DNA of 64,000 nt from Eledone cirrhosa (GCA_964016885.1 OZ024742.1:231198001-231262000), one strand, 5' to 3'. Counted from the stretch's first letter, positions 27,810-42,690 are shown. The notes: generated from the letters alone by a model not told the origin. Numbers and translations: made by a program.

Positions 27810-28005
27810 GAAGTAGAAGTCAGTAGGTTGGAATTTGCTTTATTTATTTGTTACACAATCGCTGTTATACGTATTTCGATGGCAACAGTTGTAATAGTTA
27901 TACGAATAAAAGTTACATGAATAGAATGACATGAACAAAACCATTTTTGTTCGTGTCATTTTAATCCTGTAAGTTTTATTCATGCAACTTTTTGTTCCCA
28001 TAATA

Positions 28006-28064
28006 ACTGTCTGATGAGATCGTAACTGTTAGAAAACGTTTATGATCGAAATACGTATAACAGT
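28006..28064 (+). ncRNA. Type I hammerhead within an imperfect fold-back (27858-28070)
   Basis: actgt-CTGATGA-gatcgtaa...ttatgatc-GAAA-tacgta-TA-acagt; palindromic helix III ATACGTAT. Confidence 0.85.
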
Positions 28065-28074
28065 CGGTTTAGCA

Positions 28075-28154
28075 TGTGTATATGTGTATATATATGTGTA
28101 TGTATATATATGTATGTATAAATATGCATGTATAAATATGTATGTATATATATG

Positions 28155-28205
<51 letters not shown>

Positions 28206-28248
28206 ATATATATGTATATATTATATTTATATATATATATATAAATAT

Positions 28249-28282
<34 letters not shown>

Positions 28283-28506
28283 AATAATATATATATATAT
28301 ATAAATATAATATATACTATATATACTATATATACTATATATACTATATATACTATATATACTATATATTATATATATATATTATATTTATATATATATA
28401 TATTATATATATATATATTATATATATATATATATATATATTATATTTATATATATATATATATATATATATTATATTTATATATATATATATATTATAT
28501 TATATT

Positions 28507-28595
<89 letters not shown>
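28075..28595. repeat. Degenerate (TA)n with (TATATATAC)n sub-array
   Basis: Direct observation. Confidence 0.95.
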
Positions 28596-28599
<4 letters not shown>

Positions 28600-28841
28600 G
28601 AAAAATCAGTGATGCATCTGAACTCTATTTATTGTGATATAATTGTTTCGCCGGCGGACAGCTCGAGACACGATTATTCTTTCAAGAATTTGCTCCGAAA
28701 TCATTAGACGTGTCCGTCGAACCTGCGGATCCAGAATCAGACACATCCACACAATGATCGTGTCTCGAGCTGTCCGCCGGCGAAACAATTGTAACACACA
28801 ATAAATTGAGTTCAGATGCATCACTGATTTTTCGTTTTATA
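28593..28841. repeat. ~85-bp inverted repeat carrying a hammerhead 3' half
   Basis: Arms ~28593-28675 and ~28755-28841; right arm has gccggc-GAAA-caattg-TA. Confidence 0.85.
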
Positions 28842-28899
28842 TTATATCATACACTGCTCAACTGGCATACCGCCTATGGAAGCATTTTAGCTACCTTCA

Positions 28900-28984
<85 letters not shown>

Positions 28985-29092
28985 TAGTGGCTCTATACAC
29001 AGTATATGAGTTCTTTATACGGTGCTTGCTTATTACTCCAACCCATAATCCAAGCACACTCACGCATACACATACATACATACATACATACA

Positions 29093-29124
<32 letters not shown>

Positions 29125-29528
29125 CACCCACACACATACAATATTTTAGAAACAATAGAAAGTTATAGAAAAACAGAAATAATTCTTTGCTTATATTCTT
29201 TGACCCCAGGATGTTAACCTCTACGTAGATTTGAACTCAGAACTTAAGAAGCTAGAATAATTTGTGGGGAGGGAAAAGTCGAATATATTGACCCCCAGTT
29301 GTTATATTCTATTGATAACGGAAGCAATGGAAGACGAAATTGGCCGCAGAAAGATGAACTTCCTTTTCACCGCTCAATAATATAACGTAACGTGATTATT
29401 AAGATGAGTATATTATCATCTTAATAGACTCATGCATTTTATCGATAGTTGACAATATATATATATACATATATATATATGTATAGAGAGAGAGAGAACT
29501 CAATTAAATACCGAAGTTGAGTTTAAAC

Positions 29529-29650
29529 ATTCATTTTATTAAAGCTAAATAGTGGGTCTTGTTACTCTGGGGTTTTACCTGATGACTCTGTGATAAATAG
29601 GCGAAACTCCTGAGTAACATGACTCACTATTTCGTCTTAATAAAATGAAT
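29529..29650 (+). repeat. Imperfect inverted repeat with a hammerhead-like core in the loop
   Basis: CTGATGA at 29579, GAAA-ctcctgag-TA; arms attcattttattaa...ggggttt / aaactcc...ttaataaaatgaat. Confidence 0.6.
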
Positions 29651-29711
29651 ATATATATATACACGACAACCAAAGATATATATATATATGTGTGTGTGTA
29701 TGTGTGCGTGC

Positions 29712-29777
<66 letters not shown>

Positions 29778-30335
29778 CAGAATTGGTGTTTAAAATACAG
29801 TAGTATTTAGGATAATCTGAGATTAGCTGAATGAGTACTCAGTAAGTGTGCTCAGTGTGTAAATTACATTTCCTGAACAGAAAAGTGGCAGCGATTTCGA
29901 AGTTTCAATTGTATCTCTTCGTGCAGGCTTCCAAGGGTGACAGGAGTCTTGAACTCTCAGTCACCCATGAAACCAGAATAAACTCCTGAATTCGTCGTAC
30001 CCGTACGAGAATGGGAAAACGGACATACAATAATTAACTTCCCTTGCATTAAACATTCAGTTACTCCAAATAATTCACGTTGTCACCTTCATCTCTTTCG
30101 ATTCAGTCAAAGTTACCTCTATTGATTAAACACCAATACCTACCTCTCCTTTGGCATATGTAAATTTATGTAAAGCTCATTAAATTTTTATATTTTTATT
30201 TTTGTTTTCTGGGGCGGGGCAAAAATGGGGTGCATTGGCACAAACGTTAAAGCGTTCTGCATTCAAATCGTGCCGAAGTTAACTCTGTGCTTGTGTGTGT
30301 CTATATGTGTGTGTTTGTGTATATGAAAAACAGAC

Positions 30336-30336
<1 letters not shown>

Positions 30337-30403
<67 letters not shown>
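30337..30403. repeat. (AGT)n microsatellite (another at 34923-34991)
   Basis: Direct observation. Confidence 0.97.
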
Positions 30404-30953
30404 AATATATTTAAATATATAGAAGGTGAATTGATATAATTATTAGGATAATATATTTTATATATTCCTAATCAATCAATCGGGTAATTCAAAATGTTAA
30501 AAATTTAAATAATGACGCCACTAGAATAATTTTTTGAATATTGAAGAATATAAAATTTGCTACTTTTGACAATCTTATTACTGGGAATTTGTCGATATAA
30601 CAATTAGTATGTTTCATTTTTTTTTTTTTCTTTAATTATACTTATTTATTTATTTTGTTGCCTTGATTGCGTAAAACCGATCTTTGGTCCATAAACCACA
30701 ACGGTCTTTAAACATTTGGAATAAAAGAAAATGCTTGACATTTTGTACAATTTTTAAATGCACTTTTGCTTCTTATGCAAACACTCGCGCTTGCGTGTGT
30801 AGAAACCAAATATTGAAGGTGTGTATAGACTGGTGGAGTTTTCCCCCTTAGTATCAGTATAGTGGGTGTGATTTAGTTTCAATTTGGTTTAATTGGATAA
30901 TCATATTTTAGTTTGGCATATTCATTTGGCTACTTTAAGTTTGTTGTATTTAG

Positions 30954-31014
<61 letters not shown>

Positions 31015-31194
31015 GTTATGTAATAAACAACATAAGATAATTATTTCATTTACCAGTGGTTTCTTGAAGGCAGATGTTATGTCTGTCTTCAGTCGTTAGA
31101 ATCAGATTCTGACGACTATGTAGGCTACAGAACTAATAAGCTCTGTAGCCTACATAGAGCCCTCTTTTTTCCTGTATCTTTCCGACGGAAATAC

Positions 31195-31261
<67 letters not shown>

Positions 31262-31334
31262 CATATAGTATATATACATATAGTAAGTACAGCGAATTTT
31301 TTAAAATTTATTTTTAAACTTTTGCTAGACCTTG

Positions 31335-31374
<40 letters not shown>

Positions 31375-31813
31375 CAAGGTCTAGCATATATATATATATA
31401 TATATAATAATAATAGTAATTAAGACGGGATTAATTCACCATAATTGTTTATTGCATGATTTATATTTCTGTTACATTCATGCGATTTCGTCAGATTCTT
31501 ACGCAATCATAGGTGAAATTATGCAATCATTGGGATATGCCAGTGGCCATGTACAATTATCTAGTATGATGTGGGTCGGCATATCTCTCTCTATATATAT
31601 GTGTGTGTGTGTGTTATAGTATAGTATAAAGGGTCCTACGGTCAAGTTAAAGCCGTTTTGATATTGAAATGGGAAATTATATAAATGCCTGTTTTATGGG
31701 TTCGTGTAATAAACAAAGTTACACTGAATTAAGAACTCATAGACTGTATACAGAATCGATAAATAATGGTGAGTATTTACTTCAGCAAAACCTGCAAATA
31801 AGCAGTCACTATC

Positions 31814-31868
<55 letters not shown>

Positions 31869-31898
31869 TATATATATAGATATATATATAGATATATG

Positions 31899-31930
<32 letters not shown>

Positions 31931-31936
31931 TGTATG

Positions 31937-31968
<32 letters not shown>

Positions 31969-32027
31969 AGGTAAACAGAAATAACAACACAATGGAAGGG
32001 TTAACGCTTGATATAGCAGGAAGAAGG

Positions 32028-32063
32028 TCTTAACGGTTCGGGCGCTAGTCCTTCATCAGAAGA
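32028..32063 (-). ncRNA. Decayed minimal hammerhead (2676 family)
   Basis: tctt-CTGATGA-A-ggac-tagc-gccc-GAAC-cg-TT-aaga. Confidence 0.55.
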
Positions 32064-32344
32064 AAGAATGAGAAATAAGATAGATTGAGGGGACAGGCGG
32101 GTTGGAATTGGAAAAAATGTCGTTAGATAAAAATAACAGGTCCCTTCATGTTGACATCTGCGAGAGAGAGAAAGAGAGAGAGAGATGTAAAATGAAGACC
32201 AGGCCGCCTAGCGGTTTCGGCCGAAATAGCATGGTGCCGCGGTCGCGATTTTACATATCTCTATACCTATTCTGCATCTCCCCATACATTGAGTACTACC
32301 ATGATTAGTGGTTTCCCCGATCTCAGCACCACAGACTCTCTCTT

Positions 32345-32408
<64 letters not shown>

Positions 32409-32852
32409 CTGAGCGGAAGCGAAGATAATGGACAAAATTGATTTGTAATATGTAAAAAGAGAAAAAAATGACATTAAAATATGATAGTGAAAGTTAAGAA
32501 TAACTTATTAAAAAATGAAACAAAGCTGGAAGTAAATCGATAAATATTGATGAAGGGAAACAATCAGTGTGGTTGTTATTAGCTTTGATGAATTTTTTAC
32601 ACCATTTGATTAAAAGAATGATAAGACTCGTAACGTTTTACTGACATCGTTAATGTTTCTATCTATGGGTGCATGCATGGTTGTGTAGTTATATAGCTTA
32701 GTTCACAACCACGTGACCACGTGGCTCTTGTTTCTTAGTTAAGTACCATGTTGTGTTACCTTGAGCATGCGTCTTAAAGAATACTATAGCTCCGCTTTGA
32801 CCAAAGCCTTTTGAGTTGAATTTGTTGAAGGGAACTGAGGGAAACAGTCGGG

Positions 32853-32958
<106 letters not shown>

Positions 32959-34189
32959 GAGAGAGAGATGATTGAAGTGGGGGTGAGGAGGTCTCCGTAT
33001 ATGTTTATGTAAAGACTAAAAAAGATTGATAAAATATTTCCAGACTTGGAAACAAAAAGTGTTGGAGTCGATGTGATTGACTAAATCAAGGCAGTGATTC
33101 AGAAAGTCTGCAGTTTAATGGATAAAACCACTAAGTGAATAAAAACATATCTAATGATCAAATTGTATTTCACTTTCGCACTAAAGGCGGCGAATTCAAA
33201 GAGTCGTTAGGTCGGTATTTGTTATGGCCCTCTGAGTGAAAATCCCGTCGATAAATAAAGTAACAGTTCATAGGGGAAGGATTTGACAGAATTATCAAAG
33301 CGTGAGTCGGAATATTTTGAAATATCTATTCTTACTTCGTACGTTCTAAGTTCAAATATTAACTCCTGTCACCGTAAGAGCGGTGACACTCTTTCGAGAG
33401 TTATAACCGGCAGATGGTGTCAGCAAAGGAAAAAATGAATAAAAACATAATTCCCTTTGTCCGATCTGACGATCGGCTTCTTTACACTAAAATTGAAAAC
33501 TCTATCAAATTTAAGAGGATATTCAACTAAGAAAGACAATCTGGTTTTCAAATATTTTCAATGAACTTTTTTTAATTCTCTTCGTAAATATAGTAAACTA
33601 ATAACATGTCCTTTATACAATAACAAAGTTTGTCCTTTACACAGTGACAAAATAACAAAATCAAGTTAAATTTTAAAATTACATTATATTGCTGGTAATA
33701 ACTGTTAATTAAATGATCTCTATACAAATAATATTTGTAATGCATACCAGAAATACTACACATATATGTAGCGGGGTGCGTGTGTGTGTGTGCGTGTGTG
33801 CGTGTGTGCGTGTGTGCGTGTGTGTGTGCAGTGTTTTCACAAAGGGTGTGCAGTACTGTACTAAAAAAAGGTCGTTGCGTTCTAAGAGCGGGAAAAGGAG
33901 TTATAGATGGATGCAGTTATTTATCCGTTAAAGAGTTTTCTACATGAAATATTCAATATCTTCGCCAAAAATCTCGTGTTATATAGATATAAAGTCTTTT
34001 TATGAATATTCGAAACATAAATTTTTACGTTATTAATGTACTAAGAAATACTTCAATGTAAGAATAAAAAATGAAAAGTACTAACAATTTATAAGATATA
34101 TTGTGTGAAGTGGACGTTTTTTTTTTGTTTGTTTTTCTTAATATATACAATATTAGTTTTATACTTAAATAAATATAATTCTTTTATTG

Positions 34190-34231
<42 letters not shown>

Positions 34232-34309
34232 GGCTCTGAGATGGAAGCGTAGTAGTCTTCTATGTCCTATTGCAGAAAGCATGTGTATGTATGTATGTAT
34301 GAATACATA

Positions 34310-34540
34310 TATGTGCTAGATTCGTTCGTAGTATCTGTAGAGCATCAGTCAACATGGCTTGTGGCATATCCTTGCGTCTCTTTATGTTCTGAGTTCAAAT
34401 CCCACCAAGATTAACTTTGCCTTTCATCCTTACGGGGTCGATAAAATAAGGTACCATAACGCACTGTGGTCGATTTAATATCGATGTTCCCCTTTTCTTA
34501 AAATTTCTGGCACCTTATGCCAAATCTATGATACAAACAA
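34310..34540 (+). mobile_element. SINE
   Basis: B box and central motif. Confidence 0.8.
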
Positions 34541-34559
34541 TATATAAGCAACATATACA

Positions 34560-34623
<64 letters not shown>

Positions 34624-34922
34624 ATACAATAGTTATCAACGTAAGAGACTTTAGGTCGGACTGAACGCTTGCTTTCAGTACTGATACAAAATCTAAGATA
34701 TGATAAATTCAGCAAAATAATTATGGCGACTGCGACTATTAAACTTTTATCAATAATAAATACAGTCATTCAATTATTCATTTTCATCGTTATGATAATC
34801 ATTTCGTTATCATAATCAACGTTATTATCGTCGTTATCATGTCAAGATTATCATCACCTTCTTTATCAGCATCTTCATTCATCATTATCAATATTATTTG
34901 TTATGTGTATTATTATTTTTGC

Positions 34923-34991
<69 letters not shown>

Positions 34992-36769
34992 AGTGTTAAA
35001 TGTGCTCAGTTTTTCTTTTGTTGGACCAGTTCAAAAAGTAAAGTAAAAGTATAATCTTTTTTATTTTTCTATTTATTTTGCCGCCATTGTCTCGTTCCAT
35101 ATCAGTGATATCCCGCTTCCCACCATTTTTTCGCTTACCTCAATATCCCCTGCCATTCTTTCCCTCCCTCAATAACACCACACCACTACCATTCTCTCTC
35201 TTCCCTCTCTGTCCTTGTCGCTCCTCTCCCTTCTCATCCCCCGCCCCCACCATGTATCTTAAATACGCCATTTTAATTTTTGCTGGAAAATGGCCGATGG
35301 GATATTTTTGTCTCTTCCTAAATTCCTGCTTTCCTACAGCAAGTGTAGATGGCATCAAAACAAAAACAAAAACAAATCTAAAAAAAAATAAAGTTTCCGA
35401 ACTAAAAGTCAGTGCAAAGAAGGATCTAATCTAACGAATTCGGGTTTAAAGGTTAAATATATCGGACTCTTGATAAGCCTGGTTATATTCCTTGGATCGC
35501 GCGGCGAACAAAAGCAAAATATTTACTCACATGAATTCTTTTGATAATATTGCTGTTCAAATCAACATTAATTATACTGATGAACAAAAAAAATGAACCT
35601 TCTTTCTGATTTCTGGACATATATGCGTGTGTGTGTGTATATGCATTTGTATATATGTGTGTGTGCGTGTGTGTGTTTCCAGAATAATTCGAGGATTATG
35701 ATTCCAAAATTGAACATGTCGAGGTTAATCAAGTGATGCAGGTTTATCAAGTGATGGGTTATTAATAATCAAAACTCAGACAGACTTTTCATGAGGAAAA
35801 AACCTAAATACTCCCTAAAATATCCCCGTGTGTTGTTTCGATTTTTTTCAAAAGCATGTCTACTACTGTAACAAATTGTTAACATACTTGAAAAGTAATA
35901 TTTAACCTCCTTTCGTGCTTTTTTTAATGGTTCTTCTCAACATTAGACAAAATCCACATTGTAACTGGATGTTATCGCTCTAAATAATTTCGAACTGTTT
36001 TCAATATATGTATTTCGAGATTTTTTCAGCTCCATGTCATAAAAAAAAATCATCTCTGAGATATTTAGAGTAAATATATAATATTGTAAGTGAGATGTAG
36101 ATATTTTTTAATGTCTCGCTAAAATTGTTTTTAATTCAAACTTATGTCCAAAATTTTTAAACGTTTTCTAATCCTCATTCTGGAATTCGTTTTCATGACT
36201 TAGATATTTAGTTGTTTTGTTTGTTTTAGGACTTTTTGTTTTGTGTTTTACTGTTCTGTCTTGGAGGGAAGGGCAGTGCCCATCACACTTTTCAAGACCT
36301 CCAAGTCTTATGAGTAGGAAGATGAAAAGTTTTCTAAAATCGGAGATCTGGCCCAAATACTTGCAGCAGAGTGAACTTTGCTAAAGGCATCGACTGACCA
36401 GGTGATAAAAAAGTATTCAATTTGTATTAATAAGCTATCTTCGGAATTAATAATTTCCTTCAAAATACATCATATATTAACTATCAAGAGGTTTCATCTA
36501 TTTTTTCCATACGATCCATGCCATGGATTTTACGGGGGGGAAATCACGATATTAAATGTTGCCTACTGGAATTAGTAAATGGATTGCATTTAAAAAATAT
36601 ATATTTTGAAAATAATATTGCAGTCCGTTTTCTTTTAATATAGAAAAACAAAGATAGAAAATCTATTCTTTAGTTAAAACTATTATCATGAGGTAACTAA
36701 TAGTTTATTTTGAATTTAACAGTTTCAAGTGTTAATATTTTCGTGAGAAATGCTTAATCCTTTAAAGGA

Positions 36770-36965
36770 TCATAAATGTAATAGTAATTTGATAGTAATA
36801 TATAGGAATGTAATAGTAATATCTAGAAAGTTAATAGTTATAAATGTAATAGTAATTCAATAGTAATATGCAGGAATGTAATAGTGATATTTAGAAAGTT
36901 AATAGTTATTAATGTAATAGTAATTTAATAGTAATAGTGATATTTAGAAAGTTAATAGTTATATG
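36770..36965. repeat. ~68-bp AT-rich minisatellite, about 3 units
   Basis: Repeated aatgtaatagtaatt...tagaaagttaatagtta. Confidence 0.85.
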
Positions 36966-37855
36966 TAGAGATTTTAAAGTATATGTAATTTGTCTTTTGT
37001 TTTTAAGAAATAATAATATCGGGAAAAATTACACAAATTTGCATAAAAGGGAAACGGAGTAACAATGAATTCTCCGAAAAAAAAAATTCTGATTGTTAAA
37101 AAATATTAGTTTAATAAACTTTAGTATCGGGGTTTGACAGAAGGGGCGGCAAAAGGCCGGATAGCCTCACAATACTCGTGATCCGAGGTGGTAATGCTCT
37201 TATCAGGGATGCGATCTGTAGCAATACATTCTCCAGTAACAACCTGGTTAAATCAGCATCGATCCCAGGCTTTTTTTCCCAACTGAATGACAAAGTACTG
37301 GCCACTCTCATATAGGTTTCTCGTCGAACTCATAGCGGTGGAAATATCTGGCACCCTGGGTCCACGAACCAGATTCCTTCTTACTGTGATCTGGATTGAG
37401 ATAGATATCTGCAAGAATAAGTCCCACAAATTGGATTAGCTCTTTCAGCACTTCTCACTACCCCTTGTTGAGACGATGAAGCAGCAGCAATAAAATAAAC
37501 ACATTTGTATAGATATTGATATATAATTTAGGCACAAAGCCAGCAAATTTGGAGGACGGGCAAGTTGATTAAATCAACTCCAGTGGTACTTTATTTTATA
37601 CAATTGCATAGATATTAAAAAACAAAACCCTCTGTTTAATTGCCGGTATATATGGTTTTGAAAAGATCTTTATAAATAAATTTAGTTATTAGTGATAACA
37701 GTTTTAAAATATCTTTACAAATACGTTTAGTTATTTAGATAAACAGTTTAAAGTCTTTACAGTTAAAAGATCTCTTCTTAATCTTTTCGTTACCATATTT
37801 CTAATGGAAAACTGCCTATATGTTTCAAATAATTTTGAAAATATACAAGAATTTG

Positions 37856-38783
37856 TGTGTACCGGGTAACCTGGATCTCTGGAAAGGCATCTAAGCAATG
37901 GCAATAGGGAGTAATAATCCCAAAAAAGGAGACAAGAGAGATTGTTCCAATTTCAGAGGTATCTCCTTGTTAAGCCTTCCAGACGCAGCACAGCCGACCA
38001 AATATTCACACTACGGCAGGTATTCGAGAAATCGTGGGAGTATTGCCAAGAAGTATATTCTTGAAAAGGCATATGACTGCATTACTCGGGACCTACTGTC
38101 GAGGATTGATGGTCAGATTCTTGCTGCCCTGATATCTCTATAGGAATGCCCGAGTATTTGTGTTCGGATAAATGATGCTAAATCAAAACCATTCAATGTG
38201 GGAGTCGGACTCCGCCAAGGGTGCGTACTCTCACCTCTCCTGTTCATTATTTACATAACAGGATTGATTGACATGCGCAGCCGAGTTGCAATTAGTATCA
38301 TTACTGGTGAGTGTATAATCAGTCGGCTGGAATTTGTAGACGACATGGTGTTACTTAACTCGACAGAAGGTGATCTTCGACTTGTACTCGATAGGTTTGA
38401 TGCCAAGTGCTGCATGGCTGGAATGAAAATCAGTGCTGCGAAAACTGAGGCACACGTCCTCTCCAGGAAGCCTGCGCAGTCTACTCTACATCTGAATGGA
38501 GTTCCACTGAAGAAGGTAGAGAGGTTTAAGTATCTCGCCGCTGTGTTAACGAGTGGCGGAAGGCAGGAGGCTGAATTAAGTGCAAGAATTGCAGGAACTG
38601 GTGCAGTAATGTGCCAGCTTCACCATTCAGTAATCAGAAGAAGGGGGGGGGGGGGGTAAAGCCAAATTTGCTATCTTCAATTAGGTATTCATGCCAACTT
38701 TTACCTATGGTTATGAATCTTGGGTAATGGCCGAAAGAATACGATCGCGAATACAAACAGCCAAAATGCGATTCCTCCGAGGA
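37856..38783 (+). mobile_element. RTE LINE RT fragment with internal deletions
   Basis: KKGDKRDCSNFRGISLLS, EKAYD, GLRQGCVLSPLLF, FVDD, VERFKYL; acaagaatttg on both sides. Confidence 0.9.
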
Positions 38784-38840
38784 ACAAGAATTTGAAAGGT
38801 ATTTTGTAATATAACTATCTTATTATTAAGCTGGTTTTGG

Positions 38841-39025
38841 GCGGTGAATTGGCAGTATCGGTAGAGGGTCGGATATGCTTTCCAGCATAGTTACGTCCCT
38901 TTACGATCTGAGTTCAATTCCCGCCGAGGTTAACTTTTCCTTTCATCCTTACGGGGTCGATAAAATAAAGTACCAGTAATGTACTGGGATAATTGCTGGC
39001 CTTGTGCCAAAAAGTAGAAACAATT
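38841..39025 (+). mobile_element. Full-length SINE with 19-bp TSD
   Basis: attattaagctggttttgg at 38822-38840 and 39023-39041. Confidence 0.93.
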
Positions 39026-41210
39026 ATTAAGCTGGTTTTGGAATGTAACTTTAAAATGTTCTTACATAAAATTATGATGGAAGAGTTTTTAATAAATATA
39101 AACACTTTAAAATAAACAGCTTTGTATCATAGAACTAGGGGTGGTTTCGGGAGCCTTGGTATCTAAAGAGTTAAGTCATTAAATGAGACTTGCTTGAATT
39201 CGGGATAAATAGATTTCCGATTATTCTCTTTCTTTCAGAGTTTAAAACATGTCTGTCCGGGAATGATTTATTCTTTCCATTTATATCTAAAAATTCTTAA
39301 GCAAAATTTTCAATTATAATTATTCTGGATTTTATTTAACTTCTTTTTTCTATGAGAAAAATATCTATTGTATCTATAATTATTTTTTTTAATTAAATAT
39401 CATAAAATCCTGACATGGCTGAAAAAATCTGAGTCGACAGATTTGAAAACAACGTCCTTGAAATATACTTAGGGAGATATATAAATTAACTCCTCCTCCT
39501 ATTTGTTGCCAAGTGATATTAATATTGAAACCAACCTTATTTTTATTACTACTATTATTATTATCATTATTATTGTTATGTTATTGTTAGTGTTATTATT
39601 GTTATGATTATTGTTGTTGTTATTAATAAGTGGGGCATAAGCCCAACTTTAGACAGTAAGTTTTAAGCAAACAGATATCGCAATTCGATTTCCTTTCCCA
39701 GGCGTAATCACTTCCTTTTCGTCGCTCATGTATTTGGAGGAAAGGCATGAATGATTCAAAATTTCATTTCTCGAGATTTCAGATATTATATGGAAAAAAT
39801 TATTTTGGTGATTATTATTATCAATATTATTACTAATATTATCATTACTAATATATATATATTATTGTTACTTTTATCCTTCAGTGTTATTGTTATTGTT
39901 GTTGTTTTATCCGCCTTCCATATATTTTTTTAGATTTTGTGTTCATTATAAACGTTTTCTTTTTCAAATTAATCTATTTCAAAAGACAATCAAAGAAGTT
40001 GATTGTTAAGGAAAGAAGTCGTTGTGAGAAGATTGGAATGATGGTAGTGGAGAGATGTTTTACCTCGTATAAATTAAGACATTTTTTATTGTTTATTTCT
40101 TCTTTTTTTTTTCATCTTATGTTTATTATATTTTCAATATTCGTGTCAATAAAAATCTTACTTGAACTTTTTCGGATTGTTTTCGGAAGATATTTTGAAA
40201 ATATAACTGAAATTCTAAATACATTTTCCATGTGATTTCTTCAAATGATTTAAATGGCAAAAAGAAAAAAAAATCAAGTAATTTATTCAACGTTTTTGAA
40301 ACTTACATACATTTTTCCAAAAAATAAATCTCTTAAAGAAAAACATTACTGTACAAACATAACTTTTCGAATGAATATCTGAAGCAACCAAATTGCTTTT
40401 TGTATAATATTATGAAGCAAAAGACTTATATGTTTGCTTACGACTTCTGCACCATAAATATTTCTAAGCTATTACCTACCAAATATTTGAATGGTTGCTG
40501 TTTTATAACGCCTTAAACGTTGGTTATGTAAAATATGAAAGATCTATTACAGAAATTTGGCATTTTAAAAATGAAGAACAAGAGTTCTGTGTGTATGTAA
40601 CGTTGAGTTGTTATTATTTTTGGACATTTTTTTCCAATTATGTTTTTTATTCTAGTTGTTTGAACTTCTTTTTATTTTTCATTAAATTCAGTTACTGTTT
40701 ATAGATAATTAAAAATCAAAATAAATTTTATTTGATCTTATTTAAATTATTATTCAAATATGTGGGGATGTATGTTCATGCGTATATAGAACGGTCAAAT
40801 ATTAACTAAATGGGCACACAATACATGCGAACGGGGTATAAATTTAATTTCCGAAGAAAAATATGGAAATGACTTCGATGGGTGTTGTTTTTAGCTGATA
40901 TAAGACTACTGCCTTTTTTCACACTTATTGTTAATCCAAATGCTTTTGCCGACTTCTTGTGCTTCCCGGAAAGAGTTAGCTACTAGAGCCGCATCACCCG
41001 TAAACGAAAAGTTTAAAAGCATTTTCGTCCTAGTAAGGGTCTTCGCCCTAAATCTTCAATGATTGAAGAACCCACCTGATATTCTAAATTCAAACAAGAC
41101 ACCATTATTCAACACCTAAAACTAACTTGGAAGACGGACGACGGATCGGCAGCGTGTAACACACACAGACACACACACGTAAAACTAACTTGGAAGACGG
41201 ACAGACACCA

Positions 41211-41327
41211 TTCTGAAATCCCGCCGAGGTTAACTTTGCCTTTCATCCTTACGGGGTCGATAAAATAAAGTACCAGTAATGTACTGGGTAATTGCTGGCC
41301 TTGTGCCAAAAGTAGAAACAATTATTA
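41211..41327 (+). mobile_element. 5'-truncated SINE
   Basis: Central motif and tail. Confidence 0.88.
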
Positions 41328-42690
41328 TAGTCCTTGAAGACATATTCTAACATCAGAGAAAAAGTAAGTAGCAAACAAAACATGGGTTATTAAGCACTTC
41401 TGATATGTCCCATTTTTTACACGAAAATGATTTGATGAACTGTCATCTAACTTAACAAAATCTTGCATGTTTTCATGGAAGAATATCACAACACTGAGCA
41501 CCTTATTATGAATCCCAATCTTCTTCAGCACAGACCACAAAGCATCACTATTGATTGAGTGAAAAGCCTTTGTTAAGTCAACAAAGACTAAAACTAATTC
41601 ACTGTTTTTCTCCTATATATTCTCTGTAAACTTTCGCAAGCAATATATCATGTCTATGGTTCCTCTGCCAGTTTTAAATCCACACTGGGATTCGAGAGAA
41701 ACATGATCAACCAGGTGAGTTATTATTTTATTGAAAACAACAGAAAGCAGAGATATACTCCGAAGACTGTCACACAATTCTTTTTTTGTTCCTTTTCGTT
41801 TAAATAGATTGGTAATAAACGAGTGTTTAAATTCTTGAGGAACCTGACCATACTTCCAAATTAAACGAACAAATCCAAGAGTTTACTCCCGAGTACGTTG
41901 CCTCCATACGTGTACACTCCAGCTGGTATAACATCATCACCAGGCGATTTACCTGATACCACTTGTTTTGTAGCTGTTTTAACTTCGGCATATGTCGGGT
42001 CAAAGTCTAAATTAATGTCATTATGGTCCACAACAGATGGAGAATTCAAAACTGTTTCGAATTGTTCTTTCCAAGGATTGAGAATATTATTTTTATCTGT
42101 TAGTAAATTAGATACATCCGATGTTAATACTGGTAAGGGCCATAAACCTCTTTTATGCTGAGGGCCATAAACCTCTTTTATGTCTTCATAGAAGGCTTTA
42201 TAACCTCTCTATCAGCAGCAGTTTGAAGTTCGGCTGCTTTTGATGACCACTGCTCATCTTTCATTTTGCTTAAGGCCCATTGAACAGTTTTTATAGTCTA
42301 AATATTATTTCTTTTTCACTGAAGATTTTTTATCGGCAATCCATACTTTGTTAGAAGAGTGCATTTTTTCAATTAGTGACTGTATTTCTGTATTATTTTC
42401 ATTGAACCAATCTTGATGCTTTCACATTGGCAGACCAAGAGCTTCAAGTGAAGCAGAATATGTTGTTTCCTTGAGATGTTTCTGCGATTCTTCAATATTT
42501 TCTGAAATTTCATCTCGTTCGAGCTACACGTCGTGTAGTTAAGACAACCCAGCTTTTCTTTCAGAATCAAGTGACGAACATTTATTCGTTTAAGAAATTT
42601 TACATTATGTTTTCCATGCTTTACCTGAAATTGAAATGATACTTTACAACGCAACAGAGAGTGATCAGGTAACCAACATGACCTATGGAA
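41328..42690 (-). mobile_element. Degraded RTE-BovB-like LINE (end of APE to RT)
   Basis: DHSLLRCKV, SGKSPGDDVIPAGVY, FVDLTKAF, WSVLKKIG, FRVKNG. Confidence 0.85.

Larger units (their letters stand above)
37778..39174. mobile_element. TTAA MITE carrying nested RTE and SINE insertions
   Basis: TTAA ends; internal pieces colinear with 26139-26393. Confidence 0.75.
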
